A DNA stretch of 63,997 bases, filler included, from Atractiella rhizophila (Eukaryota): the NCBI GenBank assembly GCA_021432655.1. It is 20 parts of 20 records of this genome, joined end to end, with 100 filler letters (N's around TTAATTAATTAA, not from the genome) between each part and the next. Parts side by side here need not be neighbours in the genome. Positions count along the whole stretch, not along the records: positions 1 to 3,170 come from MU272568.1; positions 3,271 to 6,439 come from MU272569.1; positions 6,540 to 9,700 come from MU272570.1; 17 more parts are not named here. One strand, written 5' to 3'. Each line of letters starts with the position of its first letter. Position 1 is the first letter of the stretch. The position numbers and the translations under genes are program-made. Under the pieces are notes generated by a model. The model ran no database searches. It had not been told where the DNA came from and was given only the letters and a program-made list of their open reading frames with translations. Shown here one piece after another: positions 1 through 9,800 of this stretch.

Positions 1-891
1 GCTCAGTTTGTGAACCATCATTCGAGTGCCATGGCCAGGAGACGGCTCCAAATAACTGAAGAAGCTCTCAGTCCCCTCGCCAAGCATCTACTTCACGAAA
101 CTCTCCAGTCCCCTATGACACTCCCCAATTCCCTACCCTCCCCACCGACTTCGAGGCCAGGCAGCGTGGCAGGTACGCGTAGAGGAAGTACGAGTACCGT
201 CACCTCTCATGCTCCTTCCTCAGCTTCTCCTAGCGTGGGAGGAGGAGCGACGACAACGAGGTCACATCCTCATCCCCTCTCCCAGTCTCTCACAAGAAAA
301 TCATCCTCCAGCTCAGTGGGAACGATGACACCTCGACGCAACACACTCACTGCTTTCACTGGAGAAGGAACCACTGTCTCTGGCACACCGCGGACGTCCT
401 TGGATGGCGATGGAGAAGATGTACTCCCCAACTTTTTGTCAGAAGGGACCGTGCTACTCCCTCCTCCGAGACCAATTTCGAAGCAAAAGGACAAGAAAGA
501 GGAAAAGGATATCCCTTCGAAGGACATTAAGCTTATGGGTGCCACTTTTGCGCAGTTGGGTGAAGTGGCTTTGGATGAGGGAGCGGGAATGGAGAGCACA
601 CCCACGACGAGGAGGGGACAAGATCTGTTGGGCAACGAGCCAGCCACACCGTTGCCTTTGACTCTGTCTAATGCTGAGACGGAGAAGAAGTGGTCTTGGT
701 CTTTTGTACCACGGAAACAAGGTATGATTCGTGTTGGAGGGCTTAGGATTTTGGTACTGGAGGATGTGGAAGAGAAAGGGGGCGGAGAGACGGAGGAGAA
801 GGCGGGGATAGATGTTGTTAAGCAGGCAGAAGTATTGAAAGAGTGGGACGTCATTCGGGAACTGTGGATAGCGGGTCCGGCACCGTTGTAG
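1..891 (+). CDS. 3' part of a gene, possibly TRAPP complex subunit 13-like (DUF974); 5' partial
   Basis: Frame open from the window start to TAG at 891. A S/T/P-rich linker is followed by a beta-rich C-terminus WSWSFVPRKQGMIRVGGLRILVLED...EVLKEWDVIRELWI, resembling basidiomycete TRAPPC13-like C-termini. Family assigned from memory; needs an HMM check. Confidence 0.5.
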   Translation, partial: AQFVNHHSSAMARRRLQITEEALSPLAKHLLHETLQSPMTLPNSLPSPPTSRPGSVAGTRRGSTSTVTSHAPSSASPSVGGGATTTRSHPHPLSQSLTRKSSSSSVGTMTPRRNTLTAFTGEGTTVSGTPRTSLDGDGEDVLPNFLSEGTVLLPPPRPISKQKDKKEEKDIPSKDIKLMGATFAQLGEVALDEGAGMESTPTTRRGQDLLGNEPATPLPLTLSNAETEKKWSWSFVPRKQGMIRVGGLRILVLEDVEEKGGGETEEKAGIDVVKQAEVLKEWDVIRELWIAGPAPL

Positions 892-1140
892 CTCATGATT
901 GGATTACGCATAGGAATAACAACACGGTGCATAATCCCGCTGAGTCGTATACACAATGTTTTCGCCCACCACTACCAGTGTCCTTGTCCGCTAGCCCATT
1001 GCATGTCTGCAAAGTTTGGGCGGTTGGGACACCTTGGTAACCGTTTACTATTGCGTCCTATAGACACATACATGGAAAAGATGTTGAGGTTTCGGTAATG
1101 TCAATGGTTTACAAGGTGTTCACAGAATGAGCAAAATAGA

Positions 1141-3170
1141 TTAGTTTCGTCCAGCCTTCTTCCTCAGAATGGATTTCAGAGGTGGCGGATTCGCATTCGG
1201 ACCTTTCTTTGTTGGGCGTGCAGTTCTTGTGCTGGGAGCTCGAGTGGGAGGTGGAAGCTCCGTTTCTTCCTCCTTAATGACCGGCGCGACTGATGATGTC
1301 GAGCTCGAAGATGCCACAGACACTCGTTGTCTTTTTGTCCTGGTCGCGTCTGTGAGCTGAGAGTTGTTGGAACGCTTTCCCGACTGAGTATACGATTCGA
1401 TTTCATCCTAATAACCCAAATTAGATTGTTGTGAACGTTGACTTGCTGCTGACTTGAATGGGGTCATCCGCTGTTTGACTGATACTGCTTAGTGTTCCCA
1501 GCTCGTTAGCTCTTGCAGCAATGCGCTGGAGTAGCATTAAGTATCTTGGTAATGTCAGATGGTTCTTACGAAAACTGTGCCGGGCTCCGCTGCGTCGACC
1601 TCATTGTCCTCGGCAACCGACGTTGGATCTTTGCGGTGCTTCAATTGCTCAGTGACCACTCGCAAATTATTCTCCGCGTCCTCGAGCTTCCTCCGTAAAC
1701 GGCTGCAACAGGTCTCAACCACAGCGTGCAAAAAGAAAGAGAAGCTTGCTGGATTTCGTTCTTTGTTCGCATTCGCAAATTTAGTTCCGTGTCTTACTTA
1801 CACTGAGAATCACGTACCTCTTTTTCGGATAGACTAATCCTAAAATTCTGCTCTGCAACCTGAACGGACGAGACTCGTAGCTGCAGGTAGATTCAGCGAA
1901 GATCCTGCTCATCTAAACTCATGTTACCCGTTCAGCTTCTTCTGTCTTCTTCCTTAACTTGTCGATTTCGTCAACGCCAAGCCTAACTTGCCTCTCCAGT
2001 GCAGCGAGTTGCTCCATGGTCCCCGTATCTCTACCACCAAGCGCTGACTTAACTTCCACGAGCTCAGAATCCCGAGATTGGATGAGAAGTTCCAGTTTCT
2101 GGATCTGCGAACCAGGGTTAGTCAGTTGGCGGAAAGTCACATTTGAGTACGTGCCAACTCTTGAGCGCCGCGGAGGCGCTCCTCGAATATCGCATGTTCC
2201 CGGCTAGCAGACTCAGCCTTGGTCTCCGCCACATTGATTCTGCCTAAGAGCCCGTCAATTTGGGTAGTTCCCGTTGTCAGCTGGGTTTCTAAACTTCGTG
2301 CTTTCTCCTGCTTGCACATTAATCATTGGACATGTTCATCAAGGGCTCACTTGAAGAGTGCTCCGAATATTGCTCATTCCCTTCAATTCTTCCTCCAGGC
2401 CAGACTTTTCACGGCGCAGCTGCTCATTGACTTCACTTGCATCTTTCAGTTTCTCTTCGATTAGGCGATAGTGCGCAAGTTGTTTGATATTCGAAGCAAT
2501 AAGATCCTCTTTGGACTTCGCCATTTCCGCGAGAGATACCTTCAGGTCGTACACCTCTTTGCGAGCGAGTTCGTTTTCCTTTGTAGAAACACTTATGGCG
2601 ATTTCTTGTGAGTGTTGCCTGCCAAGAAATCAGTAACCCCGTTGAGGGAGCGAGGTCGTATAAACCCACCTTTTCTTCAGTTTCTCGTATTCGATCGACA
2701 GGTCGTTCCTCTCCTTCCTCATAGTTTCGAATTCCTTCAATTTCTCAGCTTCCATCTTTAGAAGCTGTCCCCGATGATCGTCGTTGAGCGTAGATATTCG
2801 TTTTTCAAAATCTGTCTTCGAGACATCGTTTGACCGCTGGAGCTCCTGTTTTGCCAATTTCATAGCATTGTTCTCGTCTCGTGCTCTGTCTAATTGGGAT
2901 TCCAAAGCTGAAATTTGGTCCCTAAGCTCGGAAACACTACGCTGATAGTCTCGCTTGCTGGATTCGCTTTCGACTTCACTACGTTTCACTACTTCGCTGT
3001 GATGCTAGTTGAACCGGACAAGCAAACACAAGAAGGCAACATACCCAAGCTGTTTTACTTGGTGTCGCAGAACGCGTGCTGATTCACGCTCGACTTCCAA
3101 AGTTTTTCTGTACATCAGCCTCAGCCTTTACTTTAGCTCGTGTAGGTGAGACATCGTACTGGAGCTCATC
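1141..3170 (-). CDS. Multi-exon coiled-coil protein of unknown function; 5' partial
   Basis: Consecutive minus-strand E/K/L/R-rich heptad ORF pieces (2630-2989, 2339-2554, 2137-2319, 1919-2140) separated by short intron-like gaps, ending ...PPLKSILRKKAGRN* at 1141. Convergent with the upstream gene. Confidence 0.7.
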
Positions 3171-3270
3171 NNNNNNNNNNNNNNNNNNNNNNNNNNNNNN
3201 NNNNNNNNNNNNNNTTAATTAATTAANNNNNNNNNNNNNNNNNNNNNNNNNNNNNNNNNNNNNNNNNNNN
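3171..3270. other. Artificial contig linker (44 N + TTAATTAATTAA + 44 N); first of 19 identical linkers
   Basis: The same 100-nt block, with stops in all six frames, starts at 3171, 6440, 9701, 12962, 16215, 19465, 22706, 25945, 29179, 32405, 35617, 38826, 42026, 45220, 48408, 51595, 54768, 57926 and 61082. Intervening contig lengths run in descending order (3169, 3161, 3161, 3153 ... 3058, 3056). Confidence 0.98.
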
Positions 3271-4950
3271 GGGGATAGATGTAGAACCTTTGTTCTGTCC
3301 AGGTACGAATCAAGCACAGTTGTTTCAACAGAGATGCGCACGTACGAGGGAAGAATGCAGTTCATTCTGCTGCACGATGTACGGTGTTGGAAGCAGCAAG
3401 AGTGACTTCCTCTGCACGTCAATTCTTTTGTCCTATCGTCATCGACAATACGGAATATGTCGCCACCGGGAACAATAACCCAGCGGCAATAGCGGTTGAC
3501 GAGGCAAATCGCATATGGGGACAAGGGAGCCAGGTCGTCTGTCTCGTCTCTGGGGTCGGGATTGCTCCGGCTGTTAATTGGGGTCCTACCAAACGCGAGA
3601 TTGAAGTCGCTGTGAAGGCAATCATCGAAGATTGTTCCCAGGTAGCGGATCAGTTGAAGATGAAGATGCAAGATCGCGGTCTAGGGCATCGCTATCACCG
3701 CTTTTCAGTCCACACGACGGGAAGCGTCAAGTGGGAGGAGTGGGAGCGAACAAAGGACGTCGTGGGTCGGACGAAAGCCTATATGGAAGTAATGGGTCAC
3801 GAAGCGCGTAATGCTGCTCAATGTCTCGCGCAGGGTATGCTCTCTTACCTCTTGTGTAAATACCACATTGAGGTCCTTGTAGTGTGCTGCAAACGGACTG
3901 CAGTTCATCAGCGGTTACCATTACCGTCTCCAGACTCTTGGTTTAGCCGCGAAGATGACATCCAATATGCTCAAAAAGCAACACTTGAAGGACGCCACAT
4001 TGCGACTGTGGGTGGAGCTGGAAACTGGAAATCCACCATTGCACTCGACGCCGTGCACTGCGAAGAGATCGAGCAGTCATTCACAGATCTGACACAGGCA
4101 TTAGAGGAGATCTCCGCTTCTGAGTTTGCTGCGACAGCTTTGATACATTTGCTAAGCTTTCTGATCACATCTGCAACGATATCTTCGCACTGACTAAGTC
4201 TAACTCGCTAGATATTGTGGCAGATTACTTAGGAAGTCGAAAATGCCTTCTCGTTTCTAAGTCACCGTCTCTACATCTCCCTTACCCGATGTCAAGCCTT
4301 CTCCCTCCAATTGTTTCCTTAAGTAATACCGCCTAAGTCGTTTTGGTGTGATAATCAGAGATTCGAAGGAAGGGACAGCCGGGAGAAGGGGACTAACGAC
4401 TTTGTCTCCGCCATGCGAGGTATTGGCTCCTTGGCTCAAATATCCTCCATCACACACACCTTCCGTCAGATGATGTGGAGAGAGACCTAACAAGCAGAGG
4501 TACCCTTCCCTTGTAATATCCTCTGGCGGCGAACGATTGTTTTCCATCTCGCTCCCTTCCGATCCGTATGCTATGTCGTCATGAATGTTGGAAGAGAGGT
4601 GACAGGTGACAGACGCGTTATGAGGAATTTCTCCGTGCTCAGCCATGATCCAATAGACTTCCATTGCCCCGTTATCCTTCTTAAGTTCTCCACACAATGA
4701 GCTTGCATATTCCAATGATAAGCATCTTCTGAAGCAGATTTTCTCCAATCTTGCAGATGAACGGTGTCTGAGGTACGCAAGATTGTGGGCAGGTTGATCG
4801 ATTGTCTTCAAAGGAGGAGTGGAAGCGAATCATCTGTAGTTTTTTGATATTGTCCGCATGGTTGGAGTTGGCGGCAGCCAGCCTATCAAAAGGGAGGCAC
4901 AGGGCTACTTGTCCGTGCAGAGTTGATACCGGAGCCAAGAGATCCTCCTG
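3271..4950 (+). pseudogene. Degenerate patatin-like phospholipase + STAND NTPase (fungal NLR-like) gene
   Basis: CRTFVL...MRTY, frameshift near 3350, then CTVLEAARVTSSARQFFCPIVI..YVATGNNNP..VVCLVSG..YHRFS..WEEW (patatin C-half, DGG motif lost). An intron follows, then WFSREDD..ATVGGAGNWKSTIAL (decayed Walker A). A GERP-like STAND remnant lies near 4475 and in-frame stops follow. Confidence 0.7.
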
Positions 4951-6088
4951 CTCACCCTGAACCCATTAACGCCTCCCCTAATGCCATGAGGCAGTCCTCC
5001 TCCTCTCCATGCAACACTCCTGGGATTCTTTCACTCCGTTAGACAGCGAGTCCAACTGCCTTCCCCACCTCTTCTTTCGTTTTCGTGGTGAAGAAGATGG
5101 GGAAAGGCGCTCAGACACTCGTCGTGTCATACCTGGTCATGCCATTTGAGCAACAGATGATCCTCACGCGGTCCATTAGAGGAAGACGGCGGCGGGGACG
5201 CAAAAGGGGATATTGAGGTCAGAGCGGTGAAAGGAGGGTCATTGAGGCGGAGAGAACGGGATGGAGGTGAAGTGTAACTGATCCTGCAATCGTTCCGGAT
5301 CTTGGTGCGAAGGGGAGACATTGACAACGAGGGAAAGCTGGAAGAAGATGGGCTTCGACGTTCGAAGAACTGTCGTTCAGGATTGCCGTCGTTCAGATTC
5401 ATAAGCGTAGTAAAAATGTCGTAATAAGGTGCGTTATGGGTCGTTAAGTGTCGTTAACAAATGCTTTCAGCAACGATATATGAGCTTTATCTGTTGTACC
5501 AGAAAAGAAATGATGTGGGGGGTCAGGACTCCAAAGGCAGCCCAAAGCCCCTCGAGAAGGCTTGTCAGACTCATTTTAAAGTTCTGGCTGTCCCCTGTCA
5601 AGAAAATCTCGCCTAAAGTGTCAAGAAGTTTCTTGACTCAGTCATTTCGCCTTTCATTTCAAGTAGCCTTTGCTTTGTTGTACATTTAACTCAGTAAATT
5701 CGACGAAACCTTAAACTGCAGTTTGAGTATGAGAGGGTTTTGCGAAACGAGCTCCCTCGACGACCTGTTATTATTTTCGGCTTGACTCACGCCAAGTCTA
5801 TTGCAAGTTGCTATGCGCAAACTGCGGGTCAGAAAAATAAACAGTAGCAATGTCAAAAGGAGTTTGCGACCGGTTTGCGAAAGAAAATGGTCATCAGCGA
5901 CGTCGGGGTTAAAACTGGTCACCAGTTTTGTGTGCCAATCTTCGCCAAACTGAAGCACGGAACATTTTTGAGCTGAGCGGTCTTCGTCATCCTACGGCTC
6001 CCGATGTGCGATCCCACTTTTGTGATTTCGATTCCATCCTTCACTCCTTTGCATCTCTGTGCTTCCCAGTCTCGCCTCCACCTCCACA

Positions 6089-6433
6089 TCAACTTCTCCT
6101 TCGGCTTGCAGAGCTCTTCATACTGTCCGCCGCACTCTTCGTGCTCCTCACACTCCTTCCACCACCGCTCGCATCACTTCGTGCATCACTTCGTCTCCCT
6201 CCACTCCGTGACCTTTTCCCCTCTCTTTCTCCACCTTCTCTGTCTCCACCTTCATCTTCATCGGCATCCTTTCTCTTCCGCTTCCTCACCATGAACTCGA
6301 TTGAAGGATCCTTCGTCTGTTTCCAATTCTTGTTTCCAAGGGCAGATACGAGCTTTTCAATCAGAATTGAATGCGTCAAGATAATTTTGTCAACTTCACG
6401 GTTCATTCCAAGTTCGACGGCTTCCATATAAGC
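6089..6433 (-). CDS. Probable terminal exon of an unknown protein with a basic NLS-like/RS-rich tail
   Basis: Acceptor-like TTTCAG at the contig edge, then AYMEAVELGMNREVDKIIL...MVRKRKRK...SRRRS*. Confidence 0.35.
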   Translation of the reverse strand, partial: AYMEAVELGMNREVDKIILTHSILIEKLVSALGNKNWKQTKDPSIEFMVRKRKRKDADEDEGGDREGGEREGKRSRSGGRRSDARSDASGGGRSVRSTKSAADSMKSSASRRRS

Positions 6434-6539
6434 CTGAAANNNNNNNNNNNNNNNNNNNNNNNNNNNNNNNNNNNNNNNNNNNNTTAATTAATTAANNNNN
6501 NNNNNNNNNNNNNNNNNNNNNNNNNNNNNNNNNNNNNNN

Positions 6540-6779
6540 AGGTCCCCCATCTCCCCGAGAGCGAGCGCTAGTCCAAGGATGGGTTCTCCAGCTGTTTCTC
6601 CTCGGGCTCAATCACCAGCTCTCCTGCATTCACCTGTTGTACCTCACAGTCCGGTCATGACTGGCGTTGCGTCGCCGCTAACACTATCGTCGGATGCAGT
6701 AAACAAAAGTGGATTATCGAGTCCAGTTTCTAAGGTGGAAGAAGGAAAGGACGTTTTATCAGAAGTAAAGATTGAGTAA
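6540..6779 (+). CDS. 3' end of an unknown SP-rich protein; 5' partial
   Basis: Open frame from the contig edge with many SP motifs, ending ...DVLSEVKIE* and followed by AT-rich 3'UTR-like sequence. Confidence 0.5.
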   Translation, partial: RSPISPRASASPRMGSPAVSPRAQSPALLHSPVVPHSPVMTGVASPLTLSSDAVNKSGLSSPVSKVEEGKDVLSEVKIE

Positions 6780-8444
6780 ACCAAGAATTCGAGTCTTTTA
6801 TGATATTGACAGGGTATAACGAGACATGGGTGGGATGGTTTAAAAGGCACAAATTCAATTTGTCGTGCGAAGCTCAGCCTCGGCTCAATATATGAACAAT
6901 TTCCGTGACTTTTTAATTTGATACAATCAGTTGGTTTTGATGGTTCTTTATCTGTTACCCGCAAGTCTCGTGCGAGGCTGTGGACAGTTTCTCTGTTATT
7001 CTCCTTGTTATATTGTTCCGTAGCAATGGCAAATAGCAATTTTGGCATTTTCATCGGCTCCGCTTTCTCACATAATGGAGCATAACCTTTGACTTACCGT
7101 CACCCTCACAATCCTTCCTTAATAATCAACTCGCATAGAACTGGCTACTCCATGTTGGTATTAGTGATTAGTGATAGAGGGATCTGCAGAATCAATAGTG
7201 CGCGTGGGTAGCGGAGGTCGTCGTCATCATTTGCCAGTGGGGGAAAGAATGTGATGATGCAACGTTTTATTTTTGAGGGTGAGCTATTCAAGTTTGTCTC
7301 GTTTCAAATACAGTGTCACAATATCATTCGTTGCCCACATTATCGAAACGTTTAAACAAGCCTACTGATGGCACAATCGAATTATTTGCATTCTGCCTAT
7401 GAGTGTTCCAGCTCGAAAGACTGTAACAAAACATTGAAATCGAAAGAACTAACGATCCTTCCCCTTGATCGCCTTGACGCTTTACCGCAGACTGAACTGA
7501 CCAGTACTTGGCAATTTGGAGATTACGGCGGCGATTTCGCGAACGTAAACAAGTTTCGCTTTTATAAACAATAGATCAAAATCTTCCAAGTGAAGCTTCC
7601 TCATCCTCAGATCTGACCAGTTCTGACTGCAACTCGACTACAGACTGTGTGCTGACCACTCTTTCGCCTACTTCGTTTGAGGCTGGAGATGCAAAATCAT
7701 TTTATCCGCTCTCCAACAAATCTGTTCTTCAATTCACTCTAACTTTGAATTGAAGGTGAGCCGTAGAACGATTTGATCTTGATACAACGTCAATATAGCT
7801 GCACTACTAAAGGAAGCTATGAAGTTATGACCCAATGCTAAGCTGTTTCCTTTGCCTCAGGGCGTTGGCGTTGGACAATGTATTAATTCTCAGCTGCCTG
7901 CTATCGCTGTCACGTGTATTCTCTGTACGACGTTGCTCAAGGCGCTGACAGTCCGAACGTTCAACGTTCATGATATCGATGACCAGTGACCTGCCTCGCT
8001 TTCGGAGTTGTATCGTGCTTTTGAAGTCGTATTTGGGTCTTATGCGTCTTATGCGCTTTGAGCTCAGCAGTTTGAACTGCTGACTGCTCGTCGATCATCC
8101 ATCAACTTGTCGGAGGGTTTGGGGCAAAAATCGTTTCAAAGGAACTACCTGAACGACACAAAAAGGTCAAGAGGAATGTTTGTGAACAGTGCTGCTTTGC
8201 TGCTAAACTTTGTGAAACTTTTCTAATTCATTTCGCTTAATTTCGCCTCAGGGTTCCTGAATTGGTGTGCAATTGTTTTCAAAGAACACAAACATTCCAC
8301 AAAGCTGGGCCTTTGCGCACACAATAATTTATTCGAGGGCTATAAAGAGGTCGCCCTCCAGGTGCTTCTGAACTCGAAAGAATTGACGATGGAGCAGCCT
8401 ACTATAGTTTTGCTTGTAAGCTCGTGTATCTCTGCTATAATGGG

Positions 8445-8625
8445 TTCACATTCTGCTCAGGGCGAGTTGGATGATGGCTACGGCCTCCTCATCAATTACA
8501 ACTTGGTTGTCTTTCCCCAGGAAACAATCCTCAACGTCTTGGTCAGGCTCCTCGCTATGTCAAGTGAGCTCTCTCCATCCTTCATCCACTCAGTTCTAAG
8601 ATGCCCAATTTACTCGAAGACAATG
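8445..8625 (-). mobile_element. Ty1/copia gag relic
   Basis: Minus frame reads NWAS*N*...IDEEAVAIIQLALS. This resembles the copia gag N-terminal NxxxW ... DxxAxxxIxLxL pattern, with stops. Confidence 0.35.
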
Positions 8626-9380
8626 ACTTGAACTCGTCCCCTTCCACCGGTGATTCTGAAAACTCTTGACCATCCTCCTTTTCTAGCCATACGCCTTTTG
8701 TATCCTTTTTTTCTTTTTTCTGCTTTTCTGCTTTTCTTTTTGCTTTTCACCTTCCCTCTTCCACTTTTTCACCTTTTCTCCTTTGAAATCCATCTACATG
8801 TCTTGGCTCCTCTTTGTTGCACATGGGCTGAATCCACTTCATGTCCCCAAGTACCAATAGGCTGTTCGAGCGGCACGGCGGCACGAGGGATAGACAAGCT
8901 GAAATGTGGGCTCTGCGTTGTTGGTGTGGAAGTGATTAATTGCTGAGTCGCAAACAAGACAAGACATGCACCATATTATTCCTCTGTTCATATCATTAGG
9001 CCCGCCGAAATAGACCCACAACACTATAACAAAGCTCTTGCTGTAGATCCGGCTGGATCCAGGACGTCTTTAAATATGAGGACCATCACCGTGAATGTCT
9101 GATTCCACGTCACGTCCTTCTGGCCACATATTCATATCTACGATCACCCAACAAATCACAACCTCAAGAATAAACTGTCCACATCGTGATCCCAACATAA
9201 AACAGTTATTCAATGCCGTACGATGACGCGACGACAAATTCACGCTGGGCAGAGTTAATTTGAACGCTGCCCTATTCTGAGGGCAGAAGAGCTCTGTAAG
9301 TTGTGGGGACTCTAAATTCATCACATTTCAGCCTCTGTAGGGAAACGTTGTACGTATTGGAAATCTCAGCATTCTACCCA

Positions 9381-9700
9381 TCACCACACAACAGGTAGTT
9401 CGGTAATGCCCACGTCTTTGTTCAGAGGACTATACTTGACCTCTTCAAACGGAATCGCCAATCTAAGGTTGGGAAGGCGTTGCCAGAGCGTTGCTGCAGG
9501 TGCGATGAGCAAAGGCACACTCGCCAAAAACAGGGTGGTTACTCACCGAAAACGATTTCCAGCTCAGCCCGAGCCAGCCATTCTGCAACACATTCATGTT
9601 GACCATATCCGAATCCTAGAGCCTGTTCCTTTCCCCTCTTTCGGTGAAGATCGAATGTATCTGGATCGGGGAAGATGTCTTCATCCCTGTTACCGCTCAT
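9381..9700 (-). CDS. CYP55: Cytochrome P450nor (CYP55 family, fungal nitric oxide reductase), last two exons; 5' partial
   Basis: Exon 9700-9547: MSGNRDEDIFPDPDTFDLHRKRGKEQALGFGYGQHECVAEWLARAELEIVF. GTGAGT...CAG intron 9546-9494 (53 nt, phase 1). Exon 9493-9381: ATLWQRLPNLRLAIPFEEVKYSPLNKDVGITELPVVW*. The heme motif FGxGxHxC-VAE-xLARAEL and the C-terminal YSP..KDVGI.ELPV.W are characteristic of P450nor. Confidence 0.9.
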
Positions 9701-9800
9701 NNNNNNNNNNNNNNNNNNNNNNNNNNNNNNNNNNNNNNNNNNNNTTAATTAATTAANNNNNNNNNNNNNNNNNNNNNNNNNNNNNNNNNNNNNNNNNNNN

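Noticed and set aside
270..956. Antisense or alternate-frame ORFs overlapping real genes (also 27740-28156, 52380-52841, 59756-60502)
   Set aside because: Shadows of the coding strand with no motifs or independent splice signals.
3215..3226. Regularly spaced TTAATTAATTAA repeat resembling an array
   Set aside because: It is always flanked by 44 Ns on each side, so it is an artificial six-frame stop linker and not biological or CRISPR-like.
8650..8946. Hydrophobic F/L-rich 98-aa ORF
   Set aside because: It arises from a pyrimidine-rich low-complexity tract beside a retroelement relic.
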